Below, piece after piece: positions 21,949 to 32,828 of a stretch of DNA of 64,000 nt (positions within the stretch are counted from its first letter, which is position 1; each line of letters begins with the position of its first letter). Location: sequence record SRR2962707_1178; one strand, 5' to 3'. The position numbers and the translations under genes are program-made. Under the pieces are notes generated by a model. The model saw only the letters and a list, made by a program, of their open reading frames with translations. It did not search any database and was not told the origin of the DNA.

Positions 21949-22069
21949 GGTCTGTTTTGCCCGTTCTGAAGAAATCTTTTTCTGAGAATCCACATCCTCT
22001 GATAAGGAGTATGTACCCGCTAAGCTGGCCGTGTATAATGCTGGCAGTTTTTTTACAGGTCTTACCGTT

Positions 22070-22492
22070 ATGATGATGAATCAAATTATTGAATTTGCGA
22101 CTAACCACTGGGAAATGGTCGCGGTATTTTTAGCTGTCCTAGCCACATTAATTTTCTCTGAAACAAAAGGTGGCCCACAAGGATTAACCCCTTCTGCGGC
22201 AACGACTCTTATGAACACAGAAGACGCTGTGATTCTTGATATTCGTCCAGAAAAGGAATTTAAAACTGGCTTTATCACCGGCTCTTTAAACATCCCTGCG
22301 ACTAAGATCAAAAGCAGTCTAGGCAAGCTTGAGAAACACAAAGATGCCCCTATTATTGTAGTATGTAAATCTGGCATTCATTCTGGCCCTAGCTCGAAAG
22401 AGTTGAAAAAAGCAGGCTTTAGTAAAGTCTTCAAACTTCAAGGCGGCATCGCTGAATGGCAGTCATCTAACCTTCCTCTAGTGAAGAAATAA
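22070..22492 (+). CDS. Rhodanese-like membrane-anchored protein (YibN-like)
   Basis: N-terminal TM helix, ILDIR..EF..G.I.GS.NIP, IIVVCKSG, L.GGI.EW; precedes grxC-secB; TATAAT at 22034-22039. Confidence 0.9.
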   Translation: MMMNQIIEFATNHWEMVAVFLAVLATLIFSETKGGPQGLTPSAATTLMNTEDAVILDIRPEKEFKTGFITGSLNIPATKIKSSLGKLEKHKDAPIIVVCKSGIHSGPSSKELKKAGFSKVFKLQGGIAEWQSSNLPLVKK

Positions 22493-22503
22493 GAGAGACT
22501 ATT

Positions 22504-22758
22504 ATGGCAACAGTAACCATTTACTCTAGTGACTACTGCCCGTTTTGCACTCGAGCAAAGCAGTTACTTAGCACAAAAAACGTCGCATACGATGAAATCC
22601 GTGTGGATGGACAACCTAAAAAACGCCAAGAAATGATGGAAAAAAGTGGTCGTCATACGGTTCCTCAGATTTGGATCGGTGAACAACACGTTGGCGGTTG
22701 TGACGACTTGTTTGCGTTAGAACGTGAACAAAAACTGGATGCCTTGCTTGCTCATTAA
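22504..22758 (+). CDS. grxC: Glutaredoxin 3
   Basis: CPFC, TVPQIWIG..HVGGCDDL. Confidence 0.95.
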   Translation: MATVTIYSSDYCPFCTRAKQLLSTKNVAYDEIRVDGQPKKRQEMMEKSGRHTVPQIWIGEQHVGGCDDLFALEREQKLDALLAH

Positions 22759-22852
22759 ATAAAGCGGCAAAAATAGCATCCGGAAAAATAACAACGATAT
22801 CGCTGTCTAGGACAGTAAATCGGAACACTCTTCATAAGAAAAAGGAATAATA

Positions 22853-23332
22853 ATGGCTGATAATAACGAAGCGGCAGTAAACCAAGAAGAACAAGGTCCT
22901 CAGCTTTCTTTACAACGCGTATTTCTAAAAGACATTTCTTTTGAATCTCCACGCTCTCCAATGGTTTTCCAAGAAGAATGGCAACCTGAAGTGGCCATGG
23001 AATTGAACACTCGCAGTCGCCAAGTGGGTGAAAGCGTTTATGAAGTCGTGTTAGATATCACTTTGAATGTGAAAAATGCCAATGAACCTGCTTACCTTGT
23101 TCAAGTTCAACAAGGTGGATTGTTTGTCATTGCCGGTCTAGACGATCAGCAATTACACCACGCATTAGGCGCTTTCTGTCCAGCAACATTGTTCCCTTAT
23201 GCGCGTGAAAATGTTGATGCGACCATTGTTAAAGGCAGTTTCCCTGCCGTGATGCTAGCGCCAATCAACTTTGATGCGCTTTACTTAGAAAATCTTCAGA
23301 AACAACAAGCTGAAGCGGCCACAACACAATAA
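22853..23332 (+). CDS. secB: Protein-export chaperone SecB
   Basis: QRVFLKDISFESP, YEVVL, CPATLFPYARE, LAPINFDALY. Confidence 0.97.
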   Translation: MADNNEAAVNQEEQGPQLSLQRVFLKDISFESPRSPMVFQEEWQPEVAMELNTRSRQVGESVYEVVLDITLNVKNANEPAYLVQVQQGGLFVIAGLDDQQLHHALGAFCPATLFPYARENVDATIVKGSFPAVMLAPINFDALYLENLQKQQAEAATTQ

Positions 23333-23356
23333 CCCGTGTGCACGTTTTTTGCTTAT

Positions 23357-23383
23357 AAAAGGAGGCCCTGTGCCTCCTTTTTT
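23357..23383 (+). terminator. Terminator after secB
   Basis: AAAAGGAGGC-loop-GCCTCCTTTTTT. Confidence 0.85.
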
Positions 23384-23443
23384 GTGGCATAGTAGTCGTT
23401 AGATGCGCTCCAACAGTAACCATTAACTTGGCGTTTACCCATC

Positions 23444-23569
23444 ATGACGAAAAAAAAGAAAAAGCCTTGTCCATATTGCCTTAAAGCTCGCTGGCTTTTA
23501 CTTTACTTAGCCTGCATGGCATTGATTGGCGTTCTTTTTATTAACCAATTTCTAGGCAAAGGGCATTAA
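23444..23569 (+). CDS. Unannotated 41-aa small membrane protein with CPYC motif (MTKKKKKPCPYCLKARWLLLYLACMALIGVLFINQFLGKGH)
   Basis: Hand-translated; basic N-terminus, CxxC, one TM helix; stop overlaps the next start (TAATG at 23567-23571); no strong Shine-Dalgarno. Confidence 0.65.
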   Translation: MTKKKKKPCPYCLKARWLLLYLACMALIGVLFINQFLGKGH

Positions 23570-25314
23570 TGTTGAAGTGGGCTATTATTTGCGTAACTTT
23601 CACCCTATTGACGGGTTGCGCGACCTATAAACAGGAAATAGACCAAGGCTTAACCCTGGCCAAACAAGGCGATTGGAAAAACGCGGAAAACCAACTCACC
23701 AAAGCGTTGCACGACAGCCCCCATGACCAGTTACTCTATTTCCTTGAAACGGGCGCATTGGCGCAGAATCAAGGGGATTATCAGCGCAGTAACGCCTTAC
23801 TGGAACAAGCCGATGAGCTTAGCGATACCTTCTTCCAAAAGAGCTTCAAAAATCGCGCTTGGGCACTCTTAAGCAACCCAAGACAAGAAAATTACCATGG
23901 CAGTGGCTTAGAACGAATCTACATCAGTTATCTTAAGTCTCTCAATTACTTAGCCTTATCAGAACAAGCCACTAATCGTGAGCAACGCGACAAATTACGG
24001 GACTCCGCTCTGGTAGAAGCCCGCCGCATCGACAATAAACTCAATGAGATTCAAGCACAGAAACCCAGCTACCAAGATTTAAACGCGAAACAAGACCAAG
24101 CCTTTTATATGAAAGCGCTCAGCTGGCTGGGTAACTTCTATAATGGCGGTCGCAGCACCGAAGAATACGCCTATCGCGATGACGCTTGGGCGCGTTATTT
24201 AGAAGGTCTGCAATATGAGATCAGCAAACAATACGACGACGCTCGTATCAGCTATCAAGACGCCGCCAAGCTCTACGAAGCAGGTTACGCCAAACAATAT
24301 AGCCTGTCTGATATGACCGCAGAACGCGCCTGGCTAGACACCATACGTATGATGCGTAAGGGCGGAGGCTGGAGCCAAGATGAAATAAATAAACTCATCA
24401 AAAGCAAACTCTCTTTGCCGATGCAAACCGTACTGGACAGCTACAAAAAAGACGACGCAGAGCTCGTCATTCTCGAACACGAAGGCTTTATTCCAGACAA
24501 AAGCGAAATGTCGCTGCGTCTGTACGCCGACCCGAATGCCTATTCCTTGGTATTACAGCCTGTAATCGGCGGCAGCCACCAGCAACAAAACGATGCTTTT
24601 CGCTGGTTTACCATGGTGTATTCAGACATTAATCCGCTTAACTTGATCGCCAATTACAAAGCGGGTGGCGCTTGGGGCGCCGTCAGTGGTGTCTTCACCA
24701 AGCGCGTCATTGTCGGTCCGGCGGTGTGGAAACAACTCGAACAAGCCCATTTAGACACGCTACTAACCCAGCAGTTTATTCGCGTCACCGTGCCCTATTA
24801 CACACGTTTTACACTCGACCACCAAACCCCTATATTGGCATTAAACGCCAGCGGCACAGATAAAGACACGGCCAACAGCACTGGTAAAAGTACAGACCAA
24901 AACTCTGACAAAAGTACAGATAAAACCGAGCCGGCGAGCCAAACCATCCGCATGACATCCCTTGCGGATATCGCCTTTCAAGAACAGCTGTTTGAAGCAC
25001 AGCGCGACATATACGAAGGCTTGGTTCGTGAATTATTACGCAGTTGGCTCGCTGATCGGGTGGCGCGAAGTGTCAAAGATGATACCGCCAGCTTGATCCT
25101 CAGCTTGATCGGCCAAGTGTCTGTGTTCGCCTCTTCGGCTGCCGACACGCGCAACTGGCTCACCTTGCCTGCGCAAGTGCGTTTAACTCGTAAAGCAATA
25201 CCAGCTCGCCCTTACGAGCCAACTTACTCGGTAGACAAGCAACATTTTTCATTGGGGAAAATTGTGTTAAAACCCAATGAAATAAAAGTGTGGAACTTAC
25301 GTAACCCAAACTAA
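23569..25314 (+). CDS. TPR-like lipoprotein (COG3014-like)
   Basis: Lipobox LLTGC; helical repeats; Y.G...ER..ISYLK.LNYL, A.VEARR and ADTRNWLTLP motifs. Confidence 0.72.
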   Translation: MLKWAIICVTFTLLTGCATYKQEIDQGLTLAKQGDWKNAENQLTKALHDSPHDQLLYFLETGALAQNQGDYQRSNALLEQADELSDTFFQKSFKNRAWALLSNPRQENYHGSGLERIYISYLKSLNYLALSEQATNREQRDKLRDSALVEARRIDNKLNEIQAQKPSYQDLNAKQDQAFYMKALSWLGNFYNGGRSTEEYAYRDDAWARYLEGLQYEISKQYDDARISYQDAAKLYEAGYAKQYSLSDMTAERAWLDTIRMMRKGGGWSQDEINKLIKSKLSLPMQTVLDSYKKDDAELVILEHEGFIPDKSEMSLRLYADPNAYSLVLQPVIGGSHQQQNDAFRWFTMVYSDINPLNLIANYKAGGAWGAVSGVFTKRVIVGPAVWKQLEQAHLDTLLTQQFIRVTVPYYTRFTLDHQTPILALNASGTDKDTANSTGKSTDQNSDKSTDKTEPASQTIRMTSLADIAFQEQLFEAQRDIYEGLVRELLRSWLADRVARSVKDDTASLILSLIGQVSVFASSAADTRNWLTLPAQVRLTRKAIPARPYEPTYSVDKQHFSLGKIVLKPNEIKVWNLRNPN

Positions 25315-25367
25315 ACTGACGACTCTAAACACCTAAAATTTTAGGTAAGTAAATAAGGACTCTGATC

Positions 25368-25970
25368 ATGCGCCTATTAGCTCAATGGAAACATTTAATT
25401 GTGATACTGCTCGCCGTTACCTTAGTAGCCTGCTCGGGTAGTGTTAAACGAATCGACACGGACAAAGAAGTGGCGGTTTCTGATCGCTGGAACGACATCG
25501 ATTCTAAATTGGTCGCCGATGCCATGATCAATGACATGTTGAGTTTCCCTTGGTACCGAGATTACAACTTCTCGAAAAAAGGCAATCCAACCGTCATTAT
25601 TCAGACCATTCGCAACAAAAGCTCAGAACATATCCCAGTGGATACCTTTGTGAATGACATCAAACGCAGCCTGTTACGCGCGGGTAAAGTGGACTTTGTG
25701 GTGTCTGGCGAAGAACGTGAAGACATTCGTACCGAAAGAAGCGATCAAGAAATGAATGCCGCTCCTGATACTGTGGCGAAATTCGGCCTTGAACAGGGTG
25801 CCGGCTTTGCTTTGTCTGGCACCATCAACTCCATCGTCGATTCGAACGGTGACGAGCGAGTGACCTTTTATCAAGTGGATTTAAAACTGATCGACATGAC
25901 AACCAACCGAGAAGTATGGAATGGTCAGAAGAAAATCAAAAAGCTGGCGACTAAAGGTGGTTTCTTCTAA
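25368..25970 (+). CDS. LpoB-like lipoprotein (penicillin-binding protein activator LpoB family)
   Basis: Lipobox LVAC; P.VI...IRNKSSEHI, GA.FALSGTINS, FYQVDLKLIDM.T..EVW..QKKIKK. Confidence 0.8.
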   Translation: MRLLAQWKHLIVILLAVTLVACSGSVKRIDTDKEVAVSDRWNDIDSKLVADAMINDMLSFPWYRDYNFSKKGNPTVIIQTIRNKSSEHIPVDTFVNDIKRSLLRAGKVDFVVSGEEREDIRTERSDQEMNAAPDTVAKFGLEQGAGFALSGTINSIVDSNGDERVTFYQVDLKLIDMTTNREVWNGQKKIKKLATKGGFF

Positions 25971-25972
25971 CG

Positions 25973-27016
25973 ATGAACAAAGCCTCCTTGTTTCGATCTT
26001 TTAGCTGGCTGCTCGTCGCGTCCTTTAGTCTCGCCAGCTTAACCGGCTGTATCAGCGCATTGAGCGGCGACAGCCTGGTCAAGACAGACTCATCCGATGT
26101 GCCTGATTGGGTCTTGTCTCCGCCCAGTGATCGCTCTCACCTATATGGTGTTGGCAGTGCGCCACGCATCGATAATCTCGCGTTGGCGTTCTCACAAGCA
26201 GAGCAAAACGGCAATGCACAGATTGCCCAACAGCTGCGTACCCAAGTGAGTCAGGTTAATACCCAAGACACTCAGGTGTCGTCGACCTCAGGGCAACACG
26301 AGCAAGTCGTGCGGATACAAAGCGCGTACACCCAAGTCAAAACCGCGCCCATTGAACTAGAACAAACCGTCAATGAGCAACGTTTCGCAGGCGCCGATTA
26401 CGTCTATGCTTTGCAGTCCATTGATCGCCAACGCATCATCGCAAAATTAACCGCTATGCTAAGCGACACCGACGACCAGATTCGCAGCGCGGCGGCTAGG
26501 TTAAGCACCACCCCTGAGCAAACGGCAGCCGTAAAAGACTGGCGCACTTACATGGGGTTGATTCGCCTATTCGCCCAACGTAAAACCTATCAGGATGAGC
26601 TCAGTCTCTATTCGACTCAAAATGGGTTAAGCGGTCGTGCAGACAAAGGCTTACAAGCCACGGAGCGTCAACTCAATCAAGCACTAAGCCAGTTTGGTTT
26701 TGATATTTCTGCCACCGAGCAAGGTCATTTATTGGCAAGTGAATTGTCCAAATATGGGTTGGTTGCAAAACAAGGTGGTGTGTTTCGCTTATCCTCTAAA
26801 ACCTCCAGCCATAGTCAGACACAAAGTGGGCGCTATTATGTGTTCCAAGAAGGCACCTTGTCCCTTATTGGGCCTGACAATGGCCACTTGGCATCTTGGA
26901 ATCTGAGTGCTCGTGGAATAGATAAAAACCAGCAAAGCGCAGAAAACAAAGCCGCTGAAGATTGGTCGCAACAAGCCATCAGCACGTTATTTAGCTGGCT
27001 GACCAGCCAGAAATAA
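25973..27016 (+). CDS. LPP20-like lipoprotein
   Basis: Lipobox LTGC; VPDWVLSPP....LYGVGSA...A...A...A.AQIAQQL...V. Confidence 0.7.
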   Translation: MNKASLFRSFSWLLVASFSLASLTGCISALSGDSLVKTDSSDVPDWVLSPPSDRSHLYGVGSAPRIDNLALAFSQAEQNGNAQIAQQLRTQVSQVNTQDTQVSSTSGQHEQVVRIQSAYTQVKTAPIELEQTVNEQRFAGADYVYALQSIDRQRIIAKLTAMLSDTDDQIRSAAARLSTTPEQTAAVKDWRTYMGLIRLFAQRKTYQDELSLYSTQNGLSGRADKGLQATERQLNQALSQFGFDISATEQGHLLASELSKYGLVAKQGGVFRLSSKTSSHSQTQSGRYYVFQEGTLSLIGPDNGHLASWNLSARGIDKNQQSAENKAAEDWSQQAISTLFSWLTSQK

Positions 27017-27066
27017 ACGTCTGGGTATCATGGCCAGACGGCAGCTTTTCGCCAATTAGTAAAGGT

Positions 27067-27103
27067 AAAAAAGCGGCCTCTGTGATCCACAGAGGCCGCT
27101 TTT
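27067..27103. terminator. Bidirectional terminator
   Basis: AAAAGCGGCCTCTGTG-ATC-CACAGAGGCCGCTTTT between convergent operons. Confidence 0.9.
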
Positions 27104-27130
27104 GTTTATCTGCTCAACTCGATTTATCAG

Positions 27131-28420
27131 TTAATGCACCAAGCCCACAGCAATCACAGGGAAGGCGACAATCAAGGCCAAGCGCAATAAGTCAGAGATC
27201 ACAAACGGCACCACGCCCTTGTACATGTCTCCCAGACTAATATGCGGCGCCACTGATTTAATCACGAAGACATTCATGCCAACCGGTGGCGTTATCAGCC
27301 CCAGCTCAACGGTAATCACAGCCACAATACCAAACCAGATAGGGTCAAAGCCCGCGGCTTCAATCAGGGGATAAACCACAGGAACAGTCAGCAACAGCAT
27401 GGCAATACTGTCCATCACACAGCCCAGCAACATAAACAAAACAAGCACACACAATAACACCATGTATGGGCTCAGGTTTAAGCTGCCAACATACTCCACC
27501 AAGGAGAAAGAAATACGCGATACCGATAAGAAATAACCAAATATTTCCGCGCCTATGATCATAAAAAAGATCATCGCAGACATCACCAAGGTTTCGCTCA
27601 CGGCTTCTTGAAATTGCTGGAAGCGCATCCCTCTGGCCAAGGCAATAACCAAGGTCGCCCCCGCACCCACAGCAGCGGCTTCAGTTGGCGTAAACCAACC
27701 GGTGTAAATACCGCCGATAATAAACAAGAACACCGCAGAGAAAGGCAACAAGCCTTTCAAGCCAATGATTTTCTGCTTTAACGTCGTCGCTTCACCAGGG
27801 TTCGCACTCTTCGGAAAAAGCGTCACCACCACAGCCACAGTAAGGCCGTACATCACCAAGCCCATGAGGCCTGGCACTATGCCTGCGATAAACATATCGC
27901 CCACCGATTGCTCAGTGATCAAGGCATACAACAAGAGCGCAATCGACGGTGGAATCATCACCCCTAAAGTACCGCCTGCCGCTAACACACCACTGGCCAG
28001 CGTCGGTGCATAACCGTTTTTCTCCATTTCAGGCAAGGCCACACGAGACATGCTTGCCGCCGTCGCCAAAGAAGAACCTGAAATCGCAGAAAAGATGCCG
28101 CAGGAGGTCACGGCCGCCAATGCCATGCCACCACGCCAGCTGCCAAACATGGTTCGTGCGCCTTGGAAGAGCGCCTGTGACATGCCGGCTTTTGAGGCAA
28201 ATACCCCCATCAAAATAAACATAGGAATAGGACTGAAACTGTAGTTCGACAGAGTCTCAAAGGGTCCGTTTGCCAAAATAGACACCGCAGGATCAAACGC
28301 CACAATCCAGGTAAACCCACCAAAGCCGATCAGCGCCATCGTTAACGCAATGGGCGCTCGCAGCACAATTAATAGCATCATGAACGCGATGCAAACTAAA
28401 CCTATCATTGAGGTACTCAT
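27131..28420 (-). CDS. TRAP transporter large permease (DctM family)
   Basis: IPMFILMG, SGSSLATAA, GGTLGVMIPPS, GWFTPTEAAAVG, ELGLITPPVGMNVFV; ATGA overlap with dctQ. Confidence 0.93.
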   Translation of the reverse strand: MSTSMIGLVCIAFMMLLIVLRAPIALTMALIGFGGFTWIVAFDPAVSILANGPFETLSNYSFSPIPMFILMGVFASKAGMSQALFQGARTMFGSWRGGMALAAVTSCGIFSAISGSSLATAASMSRVALPEMEKNGYAPTLASGVLAAGGTLGVMIPPSIALLLYALITEQSVGDMFIAGIVPGLMGLVMYGLTVAVVVTLFPKSANPGEATTLKQKIIGLKGLLPFSAVFLFIIGGIYTGWFTPTEAAAVGAGATLVIALARGMRFQQFQEAVSETLVMSAMIFFMIIGAEIFGYFLSVSRISFSLVEYVGSLNLSPYMVLLCVLVLFMLLGCVMDSIAMLLLTVPVVYPLIEAAGFDPIWFGIVAVITVELGLITPPVGMNVFVIKSVAPHISLGDMYKGVVPFVISDLLRLALIVAFPVIAVGLVH

Positions 28421-28926
28421 GATTCTGCCTTCCCACAAATTAATAAATCGAACGCGTAGACAAACGCAGAAACAGCCAGCATCACGGTTGCGAATGTGGC
28501 CACTGAGTAAAAGTAGGTTAATGGGATCATCAGGTCTTGAGTGGTTTCATAACTCATCGCGGCGTCTTCAATGTGTAGGTAAAAACTATATGCCATCGCC
28601 GCCCCAAATAGGCCAAAGCAAACACTATAAAACGCTTCAAACATGACCTTTGTTCTGGCTTTAAAACCGTCTGTAAACAGGTCAACAATCACCTGTGACC
28701 GGCTGACCGAGTGCGGCAAAATAAACAATACCGTAAACAACAAGCTGTACTTAACCAGCTCTATGCCACCGGTAAAAGTCCAATCCAGCGCGCCATCGGT
28801 AAGGGTAAAGATTCCGCGAGTAGCAACATCCACTAAGGTTACACACATCATGGCGACTAAAAAGAAGCCGCCAATCAGATGCATAAAATGGGTGATTCGC
28901 GCTATAAAACAGGTTACTGCTTTCAT
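28417..28926 (-). CDS. TRAP transporter small permease (DctQ family)
   Basis: Four TM helices, V.VDL motif, between dctP and dctM. Confidence 0.88.
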   Translation of the reverse strand: MKAVTCFIARITHFMHLIGGFFLVAMMCVTLVDVATRGIFTLTDGALDWTFTGGIELVKYSLLFTVLFILPHSVSRSQVIVDLFTDGFKARTKVMFEAFYSVCFGLFGAAMAYSFYLHIEDAAMSYETTQDLMIPLTYFYSVATFATVMLAVSAFVYAFDLLICGKAES

Positions 28927-28970
28927 GAAAAATCCCCAGATAACGCTGTAAAAACAGTCTTCATCATCGC

Positions 28971-29996
28971 TTATTTACACGCGGTTTGTGATAGTTCGAT
29001 AGCGCGAGCGTAGACCTTATAAGAGGGTAAGCCTTTCTTTTGCAGCTCTTTTAAGTAATCTTCGGTGGCTTGATACAGCACAGGTTTCCACAATGGGTTT
29101 TCTGCACCATCTTTGATGATGTCTATCGTGTCACCCATTTCAATGGCTTGGGCACGCCCTTTCGCATCCAGCTCATCAAATACCTTCGCGGCTTTTTCAG
29201 ACCATTTCATGCCTGAGTTGTTATCGATGACCTTTTTAAGATCGGCAGGAAGGCGGTTATAGAAGGACTTGTTCATTGTCATCACGAAGGCCAAGGTATA
29301 AAGGCCACCCACTTCTGTGTGGTATTTGGTTAACTCGTTAAGTCGGAAGGTATATTGCCCTTCCCATGGCAAGGCAACCCCATCAATCACACCGCGCTGA
29401 GTGGATTGATAAGCGTCTGGCGCAGGCATACCAACAGGCTGAGCACCGAGTCCTTCTAATAGTTTCGCGACCACAGAAGTCGGACGACGAATGCGTAAGC
29501 CCGCTAAATCTTCTGGGGTTTTAATTTCTTTGTCTGTGGTGTGCAGCACACCAGGCCCATGGGTAAACATAAACAGAGGCTTGGTTTGGCGATACTCTTT
29601 CGCAATCAAACCTTCATCGTATAAGCTTTCGACGATACAAGAGCCTTGCGCAGCGTCTTTCGCCACACCTGGCAGCTCAACAATTTGTGTAAGAGGGAAA
29701 CGGTTGGCGGTGTAACCCTGAATAGCAACGGCCACATCAGCAATGCTGTTTTTCACCGCATCGTATTGGCCTGTGGCTTTCGCCAAGGTGCCGGAAGGGT
29801 AGATTTGAACGTCTATGCGCCCATTAGATTCTTCTTCTACCGATTTTGCCCACACATGGAACAGCTCTTTACTTTGCCCAGAAACCTCTGGGAAAAAGTG
29901 ACTGAAACGCAAAGTGTATTCAGCGGATGCGTGTACTTGAGCAATGGCGGAAACGGCTACGGCTGCGACAGCTGTCTGCTTTATTATTTTTCTCAT
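28971..29996 (-). CDS. TRAP substrate-binding protein (DctP family), probably for aromatic acids
   Basis: Signal peptide, LRFSHFFP, DLAGLRIR, GAQPVGMP; directly downstream of pobA. Confidence 0.88.
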   Translation of the reverse strand: MRKIIKQTAVAAVAVSAIAQVHASAEYTLRFSHFFPEVSGQSKELFHVWAKSVEEESNGRIDVQIYPSGTLAKATGQYDAVKNSIADVAVAIQGYTANRFPLTQIVELPGVAKDAAQGSCIVESLYDEGLIAKEYRQTKPLFMFTHGPGVLHTTDKEIKTPEDLAGLRIRRPTSVVAKLLEGLGAQPVGMPAPDAYQSTQRGVIDGVALPWEGQYTFRLNELTKYHTEVGGLYTLAFVMTMNKSFYNRLPADLKKVIDNNSGMKWSEKAAKVFDELDAKGRAQAIEMGDTIDIIKDGAENPLWKPVLYQATEDYLKELQKKGLPSYKVYARAIELSQTACK

Positions 29997-30135
29997 GTTC
30001 GACTCCGAAGTATCATTATATTTATTATATTGTGCTGCGATCCTTTGCAGTATTCTCTTTAAAAGCTAACAAGCAAATCCTTAAAAAGGTAATTGATTCT
30101 GAGTTTTATCTATTGGAAAAATGAATAGCAAAATC

Positions 30136-30175
30136 TTATTTTTGAAGGAGGTGTTTTCCTTCCCCTCAAAAATAA
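30136..30175 (-). terminator. Hairpin between pobA and the TRAP operon
   Basis: TTATTTTTGAAGG...CCCTCAAAAATAA imperfect inverted repeat. Confidence 0.45.
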
Positions 30176-30270
30176 AATAAAAATATTTTATAAACCCAAT
30201 GATTTATAAGACTTTTTAAGAAATTGCAATTTCATACTTTATAATCAACCTCTTTCATTTTTTGTTTAAC

Positions 30271-31494
<1,224 letters not shown>

Positions 31495-31783
31495 TCACCT
31501 TATGCTTTTATTTTTTTCTTTAGCGAGATCATTGCTCGCCATAAAGTGAGTTTATAGTGGCGAATTAAAAGCCCTTCCGTTAGGCACATTATGATCAAAA
31601 AATTGTACTTTTCGATCACCTATAGATTTATTAAAGAAATCTATATTTCGACAAAAACCATAGAAAAGGCGTGATTTTGTGGCTATTTTTAAGTAAAAAC
31701 AGAGATGTTCAATAAAAAGTAATCATAAAGAGCACACACTTTGGTTTTCTCTTTATTGCACCTTTTGGAAAAATAATAAAAAC

Positions 31784-32677
31784 ATGATGACAAACAACAG
31801 CATTCCTCACTTTGGTTTATACGGCGAATCTAATTGGATTGATGACCCTGATTTTTTTCATATAGAAGCGATAAAATCTCGCAGCAGTCATTTGGATTGG
31901 AAAATCAAAGCCCATCGCCATGCCCAGTTGTTTCAGATTTTGATTCTTAAATCGGGCAGCGCCAATATTCAAATGGATGAACAGCAGCAACACTTACTCG
32001 GCAGTTGGGCCATTATTGTGCCTACGGGGGTGGTTCATAGTTTTCAATTTGCTCCCGACACTGATGGTCGAGTCATTACCATTGCCGTGCCTGTGATCGA
32101 CCGCATCGGCAAAGAAGCCGAACAATTTATCAAACCCTTATTGAATCAGCCAGGCTACATCCCTTTTAACGGGCAGCCATCCATGCTGGGAGAGCTTTGG
32201 CCGCTGATCGAGCAACTGGAAAAAGAACTGCAATACTCGCGAGAAGGCCGTGGATTGATGTGTCATTACTTAATCAATGCCATTCTTCTGCAATTGAGGC
32301 GTCAACAACGCCTGAGTGGTGAGCAACATGCGGTCATGTCGACGCAAGACCGTCAGATGCAGGCACTAAAAACCCTCATCGAGCAGCACTACAAAGAGCA
32401 TTGGAGCAGTGATCAATACGCGCAGGCATTAGGTTCCTCTACTAGCCGTTTGAATCGCGCCAGTAAAGCGGTTCTGCAACAGAGCATCCATGACTTAATC
32501 CATGGAAGGTTGCTCTTAGAAGCCAAGCGGCAACTTCTGTACACCAGCCAATCCATTGAAGAAATTGCTTATAATCTAGGCTTCAAAGACCCGGCCTATT
32601 TCTCGCGTTTTTTCAAAAAGAACACAGGCTATCCTCCAGGAAGGTTCCGTGCGGCCAGCCAGCAGCCGATTCAATAA
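31784..32677 (+). CDS. pobR: AraC-family regulator, PobR-like
   Basis: IP.F.LYGE, W.I..HRH..L.Q cupin; AraC HTH LGFKDPAYFSRFF; divergent from pobA. Confidence 0.82.
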   Translation: MMTNNSIPHFGLYGESNWIDDPDFFHIEAIKSRSSHLDWKIKAHRHAQLFQILILKSGSANIQMDEQQQHLLGSWAIIVPTGVVHSFQFAPDTDGRVITIAVPVIDRIGKEAEQFIKPLLNQPGYIPFNGQPSMLGELWPLIEQLEKELQYSREGRGLMCHYLINAILLQLRRQQRLSGEQHAVMSTQDRQMQALKTLIEQHYKEHWSSDQYAQALGSSTSRLNRASKAVLQQSIHDLIHGRLLLEAKRQLLYTSQSIEEIAYNLGFKDPAYFSRFFKKNTGYPPGRFRAASQQPIQ

Positions 32678-32828
32678 CACAGTAAAAATCACCCTATGTA
32701 GAGGGTTGTTGCGTTAACGGTTAGTTTTTCTCAACTATTAGCTGAAAATTGATCGTTTGTTCAAGATTCATCCATTCGCTACTATAAAAAGCGTAAACAA
32801 AACACGATTTTTATTTAGGAGATAAACG

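Noticed and set aside
21842..22108. Short ORFs 21867..22073 (+) and 21842..22108 (-)
   Set aside because: They run through a hairpin/terminator and the rhodanese promoter, and show no protein-like features
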